A stretch of 37,522 nucleotides of DNA from a virus (taxonomy: Duplodnaviria > Caudoviricetes), in IMG/VR virus record IMGVR_UViG_3300022670_000561, positions 1-37,522 of that record; one strand, 5' to 3'. Both the position numbers and the translations under genes were made by a program. The notes under the pieces were generated by a model. That model worked only from the letters and a program-made list of their open reading frames with translations, did not search any database and was not told the DNA's origin. Below, piece by piece: positions 8,793-17,533 of the stretch. The first letter of the stretch is position 1. Each line of letters begins with the position of its first letter.

Positions 8793-8849
8793 GCTATAAT
8801 ACCCATTATATAATTAACTTATTATACCGAAATTATAGCATGATCTCAA
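8790..8849 (-). promoter_or_regulatory. Promoter with inverted-repeat operator candidate
   Basis: TTGAGA-17-TATAAT (8849-8821); 11-bp inverted repeat CATGCTATAAT (8790-8800) / ATTATAGCATG (8832-8842). Confidence 0.6.
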
Positions 8850-8854
8850 TAGCA

Positions 8855-9160
8855 CTAGTTAAACGATAATTCAACATACCTGTTTTTTGCTAGAGCTAGT
8901 ATGCTTGCTATTTGCGAGTAATCGTCGGCTGCATCTTGAAAGTGCTTAGACATTGCCGCGTACTTTTCAGCACCTTCGTGAAGCTCTATAGTGTTTTCCA
9001 TGTACAGTTTTTGAGCCATAGTCTGTTCTACAAATTCGTTGATTGCATCGCATACCGTCGCATCTATTTGTTTAATCGTTTTGCAATCATCTAGAGATAT
9101 CCCTAGCGTTATTTGATCCATCTCTATAAGCGAGTTTTTTTTATCAATTGATTCATTCAT
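8855..9160 (-). CDS. Hypothetical helical protein
   Basis: AGGAG RBS before the ATG at 9160 (MNESIDKK). Confidence 0.6.
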   Translation of the reverse strand: MNESIDKKNSLIEMDQITLGISLDDCKTIKQIDATVCDAINEFVEQTMAQKLYMENTIELHEGAEKYAAMSKHFQDAADDYSQIASILALAKNRYVELSFN

Positions 9161-9249
9161 AATGAAGCTCCTAAAATTAATGATATAACTATAATTTCCC
9201 AAAACAGCACATCCAGCACATCCATGTATTCTACATCATTGAGCAGCAT
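9157..9249 (-). CDS. 30-aa membrane peptide (not in ORF track)
   Basis: MLLNDVEYMDVLDVLFWEIIVISLILGASL; ATGA overlap with the downstream gene; alternative start at 9225. Confidence 0.5.
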   Translation of the reverse strand: MLLNDVEYMDVLDVLFWEIIVISLILGASL

Positions 9250-10510
9250 TTCCTTTATCTTCAATATTGTCATTCCTTTGCTCCTGTATTTGATTTGTAG
9301 CTTCTGCATCCTGAATTTCTTGTACAAAATCTTGACATTCTTGCGGTAAATCGGTCTCTATATCTTCTTTAACATCATCAAGCTCAGCGTTCAAGCATAA
9401 ATCTTTAATAACATCTTTATCATGAGATATACCCTCTTTGTCGAATATGTTTTTTATCTCTTTGATTTTTTTTGCAGCTGATTCAAGTTTATCAACTTTA
9501 GATAGTTTAATTTCAGTCCAGCTCGTAGTTTTAAACAAATGATCAAGAATATTCAGCTTAGCTTGTTTGTCTTTTCCGGTGCCAGCCGGATAAATAGCTA
9601 CCAATCTATCTTGTATATTTTCAATCGCTATTGTTCTTCGTCGTCTAATTAATGATAGACCTTCGTCGAATTGATCGTCAAATAGAAGCTTAGAGTTTCC
9701 GGGGTTAAATCCGATATGCTCACCTGCTAAATTCAATCTTTGAATATGAGGCATTATATCCATAAAAGGTTTATTCTCTTTTAAAGCTTGTTCGTTTGTC
9801 ATTTTAGAGTAAGTAAATGTTTCGCCGTCAATTATATTGAAACGCTCTTTCATGATAATAACATTGCGTGTAAATCTATCAGAGCCTTTTTCCATTCGTC
9901 TTTGCATTTCAATTAATATTGAGGGTTCATGAGCGCTCTCTGTTTCGCTTCGTGCTCCAGTACCGACAATTTGCGACTTGAACTGTTCACGCCCTGTTTG
10001 CGAGCTTGCGAGATCATCTAGCACATCTTCAAATATATTTTTAGCACGCGAGCACCAGATTATATGAATGTTAGAATTAACGTAGGGTGTGCTAAAATAG
10101 TTTCTCCACGTTTCTTTGATCGGCCCCCAATCTTGCATTCTAATAAAATTGGTTCCATCTTTTTTGTGCTTAATATAAGTTGAGCAAACTTCTTTGTAGA
10201 TATGAGTGATAGAATCGACAATCAAGCCGAAACATTCCCTTTCGGCTTCCATTATTCCATCGTGAAGCGTTTTTAAGTTTTGCGCTTTTGCGGTAATAAG
10301 CTCTATATTTGCCTCTTCAAATAACGGTTTAATGAAGTCTGATCCGGTCTCTGTATCAAAGAAAGCCACCGGCTTGTCTGAGCCGGAAAATTTATGAAGT
10401 CCTATCATATAGAGTGAGGCCGTAAATGTTTTACCACTGCCTTCAAATCCATAGATGCCCATCTTCAATCTGGCCTGTGTATTTTGTGGTTTTTTAAATA
10501 TACTACCCAT
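9236..10510 (-). CDS. Sak4-like / AAA_24 P-loop ATPase (ssDNA annealing/recombination)
   Basis: Walker A GFEGSGKT, FFDTETGS, Walker B LIVDSITH; likely start MGSIFKK at 10510 with AAGGGGG RBS. Confidence 0.8.
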   Translation of the reverse strand: MGSIFKKPQNTQARLKMGIYGFEGSGKTFTASLYMIGLHKFSGSDKPVAFFDTETGSDFIKPLFEEANIELITAKAQNLKTLHDGIMEAERECFGLIVDSITHIYKEVCSTYIKHKKDGTNFIRMQDWGPIKETWRNYFSTPYVNSNIHIIWCSRAKNIFEDVLDDLASSQTGREQFKSQIVGTGARSETESAHEPSILIEMQRRMEKGSDRFTRNVIIMKERFNIIDGETFTYSKMTNEQALKENKPFMDIMPHIQRLNLAGEHIGFNPGNSKLLFDDQFDEGLSLIRRRRTIAIENIQDRLVAIYPAGTGKDKQAKLNILDHLFKTTSWTEIKLSKVDKLESAAKKIKEIKNIFDKEGISHDKDVIKDLCLNAELDDVKEDIETDLPQECQDFVQEIQDAEATNQIQEQRNDNIEDKGNAAQ

Positions 10511-10673
10511 TGTCAACCCCCTTATTTTCTTTAGTGCCGTAATCAATATAAAGATGCTTAATTTTACCCTCTTTGATTGCGTCGATAACTCTCATTGCGT
10601 CGTCTTTATTGATGATATCTCGAAGCCACATATAAGCCTCATGTTCAATCTCTTCTTTTTTACTTCTTTTCAT
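10503..10673 (-). CDS. 56-aa hypothetical phage protein (not in ORF track)
   Basis: MKRSKKEEIEHEAYMWLRDIINKDDAMRVIDAIKEGKIKHLYIDY...; overlaps both neighbours. Confidence 0.6.
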   Translation of the reverse strand: MKRSKKEEIEHEAYMWLRDIINKDDAMRVIDAIKEGKIKHLYIDYGTKENKGVDNG

Positions 10674-10953
10674 ATTCACTTTCTAAAATCTCCTGTTCTA
10701 AAATTTCGATTTGAACATCTGAAAATAAATCAAATATCCAATCTGCGTTTATTGCTGTGCTATCGTCATAAAAAGTAAATACTTTAGAACCGGTTATATT
10801 TACTGTTTCTTGTGTGTCAGGCTCTAACTGAAAACCCGTTGTAGCTTCTCTGAGACCGACTGACGCAGGGATATAGTCATACATTAACTGAACACGCGTT
10901 TCAACGTCATGCCCGAGTATTCCAATCGTTATTGTTGTCTCATGGAATTTCAT
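10660..10953 (-). CDS. Hypothetical acidic phage protein
   Basis: YDYIPASVGLREATTGFQLEPD motif; ATGA overlap. Confidence 0.65.
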   Translation of the reverse strand: MKFHETTITIGILGHDVETRVQLMYDYIPASVGLREATTGFQLEPDTQETVNITGSKVFTFYDDSTAINADWIFDLFSDVQIEILEQEILESEYEKK

Positions 10954-11405
10954 TTTATTGAACTCAGAAGACTTAAAAATCCGTCTCTATATTCATAGCG
11001 ATTGTTATTATTATTATAATCGTTCCTAAGTTCGTAAAGTTTACCGCATAAATTATACGAGAATAATTCGGACCCTACATTGATAGATTTAAGAAAAGCT
11101 TCAGGGAAAAACAATGCGCCTCGCGGCCCCAGCGGATATAATCTTTCAAAGATATAATCTTGCATAAGAGCGATACGCTCAGGAATTCCGAATCTTTCAT
11201 AAGAAGAATGAGTGCTTTCATCTAAATCACTACCCGTCAATAGATTATAAGAATGTATAGAGCATCCCACAGCGCATCCGTGAAATATTCCTTCCTGATC
11301 GTATTCAGCATAGACCTTTCTCACTAACTGATCATTTTCGCGATGCTCTGCAACAATTCTCAGAAGATCGGCTTTTAATTGAGGATCGTTATTAAATGCT
11401 TTCAT
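10950..11405 (-). CDS. Conserved hypothetical phage protein (GCAVGC motif), first gene of the leftward operon
   Basis: AF.NDP..K...H...D and GCAVGC.IHS motifs; AAAGGAT RBS. Confidence 0.7.
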   Translation of the reverse strand: MKAFNNDPQLKADLLRIVAEHRENDQLVRKVYAEYDQEGIFHGCAVGCSIHSYNLLTGSDLDESTHSSYERFGIPERIALMQDYIFERLYPLGPRGALFFPEAFLKSINVGSELFSYNLCGKLYELRNDYNNNNNRYEYRDGFLSLLSSIK

Positions 11406-11470
11406 TGATATCCTTTTTTTATTTTCTTAATCATCCGTGATTTTTATTGAAGTGAATATTTGAAGATGCT

Positions 11471-11499
11471 ACAGTAACACTCTGTGTTGAAGTTTTCAA
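11471..11499 (-). promoter_or_regulatory. Putative leftward promoter
   Basis: TTGAAA-17-TACTGT with TG extension. Confidence 0.45.
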
Positions 11500-11597
11500 G
11501 CACAAATCAAACATTTCTGCAAGATGAAATGGAAGCGTCATAAAACGGAGAGCAAACGTTAACTGTTCAAACACTCACACTTAAAAAAGGTATATAT

Positions 11598-11774
11598 ATG
11601 AAAACAGGGCTGCACACGCAATGGATTTCTGACATAGAAAAGCATGGCAAGAATTTGTCAGAATGGGACGATGGATTCGTTGACAGTTGCGACAGTATTT
11701 TAGGAAAAGGAAAGTCGTTAAGCGAAGATCAAGTTAAAATTTTGGAGAAAATTTATGACGAGAAAGTGGGGTGA
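11598..11774 (+). CDS. 58-aa hypothetical phage protein (not in ORF track)
   Basis: MKTGLHTQWISDIEKHGKNLSEWDDGFVDS...LSEDQVKILEKIYDEKVG; AAAGG RBS. Confidence 0.65.
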   Translation: MKTGLHTQWISDIEKHGKNLSEWDDGFVDSCDSILGKGKSLSEDQVKILEKIYDEKVG

Positions 11775-11777
11775 GTA

Positions 11778-12167
11778 ATGAGTGGGGAATCAGGTTTTTT
11801 AGAGCTTTCAGTTAAAGAAAGAATAACTCAGCAACTTAAATACTGTCTAGGGTCTTATCAAGCAATTGTAAAATTTACTCTTAGTCGGAATGATAAAGAG
11901 AGTCGTCTTCATAATTTAAATATATTTGATTGTGAATTTAAATTTAAATTTATGGACGAGAGTCTAGAAATGATTGATTGCATTCATCTCTTTATAGATG
12001 AAAAAGAAAAAGAGCGTAATAATGCATATGTTAGATTTCATTTGCAAGACACATTGCTACAACACAACGGCTGGGAACAGCTTACTAAAGAAAAGTTATA
12101 CCGACATTTTTTCCATAATTGTTTGCATCATATCTGGGAAATTGAATGTCAAGAGATAGATGAATAA
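11778..12167 (+). CDS. Hypothetical protein
   Basis: 129-aa ORF tightly packed in the rightward operon. Confidence 0.55.
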   Translation: MSGESGFLELSVKERITQQLKYCLGSYQAIVKFTLSRNDKESRLHNLNIFDCEFKFKFMDESLEMIDCIHLFIDEKEKERNNAYVRFHLQDTLLQHNGWEQLTKEKLYRHFFHNCLHHIWEIECQEIDE

Positions 12168-12945
12168 AGAAAAAGAGCCAGGATTTACAATGATTAAAAA
12201 TGAGCTGTTAGATGAAATACTAAGACAAGATTTTAGCAAAACAGAGCTTAAAGTTCTGTTGGCAATAGCACGTCAAACCTGGGGCTGGCAAAAAGAAGTT
12301 GACGATATTTCGCTGTCAAGGCTGTCAGAAATGACAGGAATTAGCAAAGCTAACTTGTCCAGAGCCGTCAATTCATTGTCTGAAAAGGGCGTTATAAGCA
12401 AAAAAAATGGCGAATATGGCCAATCATTGCAGGTCAATAAATGCGCTAAAGAGTGGGTTTCTGACTCAGGCGTTGTTAAAACAACAACCCCCGGCGGGTT
12501 GTTAAAACAACAACGGGGGGGTTGTCAAAACAACAACTCAGGGGTTGTTGTTTTAACAACTACAAAAGAAACTATCAAAACAAACTATCAAAAGAAAAAA
12601 AAGAAAGTAAAGAAAAAGGAAATCTCTCTTGTCGATTTTCTGAAAGAAATGTCAGAGAAGGGCGAAAAGGGGATTCAGCCAAATGATAAAATTTTTGACT
12701 ACGGCAGGGCGGTCGGTGTAAGCGACGAAATGTTGATGACGGCATGGCACAAGTTCAAAGATTTCTACATTGGAAAAGTTGACAAAAAACAAAAAGACTG
12801 GCGGGCGGTTTTTAGAAATTGTGTAAAGGACAATTGGTACGCATATTGGGGTATTCCCGATCATGATGATGAACCGGCCTACTGGACAAGCAAAGGCAAA
12901 CAAAAGCGGAGAGAGGTTAAAAAATTTAATCATGGTTTTGAATAA
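12160..12945 (+). CDS. Replication initiator, lambda O-like
   Basis: GFTMIKNELLDEIL...ELKVLLAIARQTWGWQK..D.IS.S.LSEMTG N-terminal domain; internal iterons; upstream of DnaB. Confidence 0.9.
   Translation: MNKEKEPGFTMIKNELLDEILRQDFSKTELKVLLAIARQTWGWQKEVDDISLSRLSEMTGISKANLSRAVNSLSEKGVISKKNGEYGQSLQVNKCAKEWVSDSGVVKTTTPGGLLKQQRGGCQNNNSGVVVLTTTKETIKTNYQKKKKKVKKKEISLVDFLKEMSEKGEKGIQPNDKIFDYGRAVGVSDEMLMTAWHKFKDFYIGKVDKKQKDWRAVFRNCVKDNWYAYWGIPDHDDEPAYWTSKGKQKRREVKKFNHGFE
12472..12620. repeat. Replication origin: four 17-bp iterons plus A-rich tract
   Basis: GTTGT(T/C)AAAACAACAAC at 12472, 12498 and 12521; inverted copy at 12544-12560; A-rich tract follows. Confidence 0.85.
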
Positions 12946-13267
12946 AAAAGCAGGCGATCTGGAAAGCGAAGTTTTAGAAGATTTTTTAGAATATTGTTTC
13001 GGAGACTGGGGTTTCATTATTGATATTGAGTTTGAAGAAACGTCATTTGACGAAGGACAAGAATTCAGTTTTTTTTGTTGCAAAGTAAGACACGAAGGTT
13101 ATGAAAATTTCAGTTATGATTTGTATCTTCGTGTCGAATATGATGAAGTTTATCTCTATCGTGACGAGGACTGCGGGGACAAGGGTTATGAAATGCCTCT
13201 TCAGTCTGATATTTTTATCATGATGTTTTTCGATCAGCTAGCTTGTTGCAAAAATGCAAATAAATAA
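12932..13267 (+). CDS. Hypothetical acidic protein
   Basis: Between initiator and helicase; likely start MVLNKK at 12932. Confidence 0.55.
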   Translation: MVLNKKAGDLESEVLEDFLEYCFGDWGFIIDIEFEETSFDEGQEFSFFCCKVRHEGYENFSYDLYLRVEYDEVYLYRDEDCGDKGYEMPLQSDIFIMMFFDQLACCKNANK

Positions 13268-14648
13268 CAACATAGAAAATTTAAGAATTCCGCCGCAATC
13301 GGTGGAAGCTGAACAATGCGTGCTCGGCGGATTGATGATTCGCAATGAAGCGTACGATGAAATTGTTGATAAAATTTTCGAAGATGTTTTTTATCGTGCT
13401 GACCACAGATTAATTTTCAGAGCTATTTCGTATTTGTTTGAACACAATAAACCGATGGACTTAATCACTGTCTCTGAAATTTTAGAGCACAGGAAAAAAC
13501 TTGAGGAAGCCGGTGGCCTGGCTTACATCGGCACGCTAGTAAATGACATTCCGAGCGCTGCAAATATTCAAGCTTATGCGGAAATTGTTTATGAAAAATA
13601 TTATTTACGCTCGGCGATTGAGATCGGTTTCAATCTTGTCGAGAGCGCTTACAGCACTAGCGACATCTCAGCGAGTGAAATTGTTAACGCGGCAGAAACA
13701 TCAATGCTTGCCCTTTCTGCGAGCGGTCAAAAAACTGGCCCGATGCGAGCTAGCGAGTTTGTTCATACGCTCGTTTGCGAGCTTGACGAGAGATTTAACT
13801 CAGGCGGGGGGCTTACAGGGCTCGGGACTGGGTCTAATTTTGTTGACAGGATGACTTCAGGGCTTCAGAGGGGGTCACTGGCTGTATTGGCTGCGCGTCC
13901 GTCCATGGGCAAGACAGCGTACGCTATGGGGATAGTTGCTAATGTGGCGTTAAAGTCAAAACTTGCCGTTTTAGTGTTCAGTTTAGAAACAACGTCAAAG
14001 AATTTACTTAACAGAATGGCGTCAAGTATCGGTGGAATTCCGCTTGAGAGAATCACTCACGGAAAAATGATGGATTCAGATTGGCCGAAATTCACAGACG
14101 CTATGCGGCAGCTTAAGGAAGCTGATATATACATCGATGACACGTCAGGTTTAAATTTTATGCAAATTAGAACGCGTGCACGAAAATTAAAAAGAGAAAA
14201 AAACTTAGGATTAATTATGGTGGATTTTTTGCAGCAAATGGGTGATGTTGAAACAAGAATAAATACAAATAAAAACTTGAGTGTCGCAGCTAATATTCAA
14301 GCGTTGAAAGTGTTATCAAAAGAACTTGATGTTTGCGTTTTATGTTTAAGTCAGCTTAATAGAGACTTAGAACGACGTAACAATAAAAGACCGATCATGT
14401 CAGATTTGAGAGACTCGGGAGCAATTGAACAAGACGCGGATTTAATAATGTTTTTGTATCGCGATGAAGTTTATAATACCGACACTAATCATAAAAATAT
14501 TGCTGAACTAAACATAGCTAAAAATAAAGATGGGCCGATAGATACGGGTTATTTATTTTCTGAGTTAGAGAAAGTAAGGTTTACTGATTACATCGGTGAA
14601 GTACCGAAACATGCACAGGGTAATAACACAAATCAGGGGTTTGATTAA
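13254..14648 (+). CDS. dnaB: Replicative DNA helicase DnaB
   Basis: PPQSVEAEQCVLGGL; Walker A AARPSMGKT; MVDFLQ; LSQLNR.LE.R..KRP.MSDLRDSGAIEQDAD. Confidence 0.97.
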   Translation: MQINNNIENLRIPPQSVEAEQCVLGGLMIRNEAYDEIVDKIFEDVFYRADHRLIFRAISYLFEHNKPMDLITVSEILEHRKKLEEAGGLAYIGTLVNDIPSAANIQAYAEIVYEKYYLRSAIEIGFNLVESAYSTSDISASEIVNAAETSMLALSASGQKTGPMRASEFVHTLVCELDERFNSGGGLTGLGTGSNFVDRMTSGLQRGSLAVLAARPSMGKTAYAMGIVANVALKSKLAVLVFSLETTSKNLLNRMASSIGGIPLERITHGKMMDSDWPKFTDAMRQLKEADIYIDDTSGLNFMQIRTRARKLKREKNLGLIMVDFLQQMGDVETRINTNKNLSVAANIQALKVLSKELDVCVLCLSQLNRDLERRNNKRPIMSDLRDSGAIEQDADLIMFLYRDEVYNTDTNHKNIAELNIAKNKDGPIDTGYLFSELEKVRFTDYIGEVPKHAQGNNTNQGFD

Positions 14649-14875
14649 TGAGATTTAAATATTTAGTTGCAGCAGATAAGCCGGACGATATAACTGAAGA
14701 GCAGGCAGTAGGCGAAAGCATTCGAAACGCAGCGAATTATTTTGAATACGTGCTTAAGAATTCGAAGGGGAAAGCCTTGAGCCCTTTGTTTTTGCGCGAT
14801 AAAGATATAGATACAATTAATTCGATAGCAGACATGATGAGTACGTATGCCAAACTTTACGGTAATGACTCGTGA
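14648..14875 (+). CDS. Hypothetical protein
   Basis: TAATG coupling to dnaB. Confidence 0.55.
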   Translation: MRFKYLVAADKPDDITEEQAVGESIRNAANYFEYVLKNSKGKALSPLFLRDKDIDTINSIADMMSTYAKLYGNDS

Positions 14876-15054
14876 ATCGATCAGGGCGTCCTTTGTACAT
14901 TTCAGACGAAGACAAGGATTTAATGTGTTTGTTGAAAGAGATCTACGGCTTTACTGCAAAGCAAATATCGGAAAAATGGGACGATAAGTTAAAAGTCTCG
15001 ACAATGACGGCTTGGAGAATTACACGATACACCTGGAAAGGAGATATAGAATGA
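14872..15054 (+). CDS. Small putative HTH protein
   Basis: GRPLYIS...YGFTAKQISEKW...VSTMTAWRI...TWK, a terminal HTH-like pattern. Confidence 0.5.
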   Translation: MNRSGRPLYISDEDKDLMCLLKEIYGFTAKQISEKWDDKLKVSTMTAWRITRYTWKGDIE

Positions 15055-15236
15055 ATTACAGAGTAGAATGCGTACAGCGGAAAGATCAAACAAGATACGT
15101 GGTCAGAAAATATAACGGCGATATCGTAAATAATTGCTATCACGAAGAAAAAAGAGCAGCTGAAAAACAGTGTTCGCTGCTTAATGCTTTTTTTGATAAC
15201 CCCGAAAAAATTGTAGAGCAGCTTAAGGATAAATAA
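15051..15236 (+). CDS. Hypothetical protein
   Basis: AAGGAG RBS; ATGA overlap at 15051. Confidence 0.55.
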   Translation: MNYRVECVQRKDQTRYVVRKYNGDIVNNCYHEEKRAAEKQCSLLNAFFDNPEKIVEQLKDK

Positions 15237-15566
15237 ATGAATATTGACTGGCCCGAAATGGAGCGAGCGTTTAAATATCTGGGTGATACAGATGATTCGT
15301 GTGCGCATGCAAAAGCATTAGTTGAGTTTCTCCGATTGAAAACAAAAACAATAAAAGCAACGCTATTTCTAGATGAAAACAATGGCAAGTCTGTCGCTGA
15401 TAAAGAGAGTTACGCATATAGCCACGAAAAATACGTTGAACATTTAGATAAAATAAGGGATGCTGTTTATGATTACGAACTTCAGCATAACAAGAGAGAG
15501 CGTGCGAATTTGATTGTCGATGTTTGGCGGTCAACGAATGCTAATAGACGTGCGGGGAATATTTGA
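15237..15566 (+). CDS. Conserved helical phage protein (possibly UvsY-like)
   Basis: SVADKESYAYSHEKY...IVDVWRSTNANRR pattern; AAGGA RBS. Confidence 0.6.
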   Translation: MNIDWPEMERAFKYLGDTDDSCAHAKALVEFLRLKTKTIKATLFLDENNGKSVADKESYAYSHEKYVEHLDKIRDAVYDYELQHNKRERANLIVDVWRSTNANRRAGNI

Positions 15567-15919
15567 GGGTAAATATGAAAACAAAAGCAGAATTAGAAAA
15601 ACTTGTTAAAAAGCATTTAACGAAAAAGGGATTTTTAAACTGGGCTCAAGCTAAAAATGACGGTGTTATATTGGGTTATTCGAATGACTGCGACCAGTGT
15701 CCAATTTCAAATTACATGTCTGAAAAAGCCGGTCAATTAACAACCGTTACTTCAGGTGAGGTGGGCTTTGAATATGAGCACTTGTATTGTAATCTGCCAA
15801 GTTGGGCTATAAAATTGATTTGGAGGATAGATGCATTGAGCGAATCTGATGACAGGGGTGACGGTTGCGCTGTTTATAAAGATGATGTGGAGACATTTTT
15901 AGGCTCGGTTATAATATGA
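15563..15919 (+). CDS. Hypothetical protein, paralog of 16593-16913
   Basis: Shared LG...C..CP.S....EK.G, W...LI..D and VYK.D motifs. Confidence 0.65.
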   Translation: MRVNMKTKAELEKLVKKHLTKKGFLNWAQAKNDGVILGYSNDCDQCPISNYMSEKAGQLTTVTSGEVGFEYEHLYCNLPSWAIKLIWRIDALSESDDRGDGCAVYKDDVETFLGSVII

Positions 15920-16305
15920 AATATATTACTGACGATGATATGAAAAACATTGATGCTCGGTTTAAAGAACTCAGAACATTGCGAGACGGCTGGGACGGTT
16001 ACAGCGCTGGACCGATATATAAATATGTTATAAAAGCGGCAAAAAAAATACTTGAACATACAGCGTCGATTCTATGCGCAATTCCTCAAATTGTTCCGGG
16101 TTCCGACGGTTCATTAAATCTTGAATGGCACGTTAAAAGAAAATACAAGGAATATTCAATAGAGATCAATGTCATTAGCAATTCTCATATTTTTTATTTT
16201 GATAATATCAAAGATATTAGCATGGAGTTAAAGATGGATCAAGATGACATTATGCGTATAATATACACGGTTATTACGTACGGAGGATTAGGCAAATGCG
16301 ATTAG
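15916..16305 (+). CDS. Conserved hypothetical protein
   Basis: L.DGWDGY.A.PI and PQIVP..DG.L.LEWH motifs. Confidence 0.65.
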   Translation: MKYITDDDMKNIDARFKELRTLRDGWDGYSAGPIYKYVIKAAKKILEHTASILCAIPQIVPGSDGSLNLEWHVKRKYKEYSIEINVISNSHIFYFDNIKDISMELKMDQDDIMRIIYTVITYGGLGKCD

Positions 16306-16314
16306 GCGAAGAAC

Positions 16315-16590
16315 ATGTTTAGTATAATACACGATTTTCAAGCTAAGATAGAATTATTGCCGTCGGTTACAAAATCAAGGCTGATGATAGAGACGGCGTA
16401 TAATTTTTATATACCGGCGGAGAAAAAAATACTGGCAATTAGATGGATGGTGTCAATAACGGACGAAGATACATTAAATGCTTGTCATGTTATTAGTGTT
16501 GATATTACTAAGAAACAATTAACTATCATGCTAGATGATATACTAAGTGATCTTAAAAAAGATATTAACAAAATAGCGAGTAACAAATAA
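16315..16590 (+). CDS. Hypothetical protein
   Basis: In-operon ORF. Confidence 0.5.
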   Translation: MFSIIHDFQAKIELLPSVTKSRLMIETAYNFYIPAEKKILAIRWMVSITDEDTLNACHVISVDITKKQLTIMLDDILSDLKKDINKIASNK

Positions 16591-16592
16591 TC

Positions 16593-16913
16593 ATGACTAG
16601 CAAAAGTGATTTTATTGATAAGCTTAAGAGTCTTAAAGAATCTGATTTTGTTGAGTGGGTTAATAATGCAGATGAATCTAAACAGCTCGGAATAACGTGT
16701 TGTTGTGAATCGTGCCCGTTATCAGAGTTCATTTATGAAAAAACAGGTGTTCGCATATCTGTCGGTCATGATTCTTTGTGCTTAGCAGATGATAAATATT
16801 CAGCAATGATGGAGACTCAAAAATGGATGACTATTTTAATATCTAAAGTAGACAACATTCATTATCTTCGCGAAGAATTTGTTTATAAAAGGGATATTTT
16901 GGCGGTCTTATAA
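16593..16913 (+). CDS. Hypothetical protein, paralog of 15563-15919
   Basis: Same motifs as 15563-15919. Confidence 0.65.
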   Translation: MTSKSDFIDKLKSLKESDFVEWVNNADESKQLGITCCCESCPLSEFIYEKTGVRISVGHDSLCLADDKYSAMMETQKWMTILISKVDNIHYLREEFVYKRDILAVL

Positions 16914-16915
16914 TC

Positions 16916-17218
16916 ATGCATAAAACCTTTTTTAAAGTAAAGCCCGTGATTTCTGTTGGATATCTGAAATGGGTTGCTAGCTTACCCAGCTCTTTAAGCC
17001 AAGTGCCGGGCGGGCATGCTCATCACATTAAACGCCCAGGTTATTGCGGCGGCGTTAAAGCACCAGATATATTTAGTATGCCACTTACTCTTGAAGAGCA
17101 TACAGACTTTCATAAAATGGGATGGGAATCGTGGGAAGAAAAGAACAACGTAGATCAAAGAGACTTAGTGCTGCAGACTATCGAGTTAGCTGTTAGAGAT
17201 GGTATAATAAAAATATGA
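16916..17218 (+). CDS. DUF968-like (HNH-related) nin-region protein
   Basis: YLKWVASLP...AHHI...G.KAPD.F.MPL...H..FH..G...WE. Confidence 0.7.
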   Translation: MHKTFFKVKPVISVGYLKWVASLPSSLSQVPGGHAHHIKRPGYCGGVKAPDIFSMPLTLEEHTDFHKMGWESWEEKNNVDQRDLVLQTIELAVRDGIIKI

Positions 17219-17225
17219 TATTCAA

Positions 17226-17533
17226 ATGAAAAAACTAGTAATTGAACTACCGATACCATTGCCACTATGCAACCTAATCGTAAAAATGCACAGAATGCAA
17301 TATTATCAAATGTCATGTTTGATAAAAAAGTTCACATCACTGTCCATTCAATACGCCGTGGGAGACCTGACCGCGACGCAGTATCAATCAAAGCAGCTCT
17401 TGATGAACTCGTCAAAATGCAAGTACTTAAAGATGATACGACCGAAGAGGTCGCAAACATCGACTATACGTTTGAGAACGTCAAGCGGGGGCAAGAAGAG
17501 AAGACGATAATTACAATAGAGGAGATAGAATAA
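17226..17533 (+). CDS. rusA: RusA-like Holliday junction resolvase encoded over two overlapping frames (putative -1 frameshift)
   Basis: Frame 17226 gives the RusA-type N-terminus (IELPIPLP..N). Frame 17267 gives the catalytic core R.D.D....K...D.L....L.DD. A_AAA_AAG at 17324-17330. Confidence 0.65.

Noticed and set aside
10503-10662. Stop read-through from 10660-10953 into the downstream gap
   Set aside because: The downstream coding segment is in a different frame and has its own ATG at 10673.
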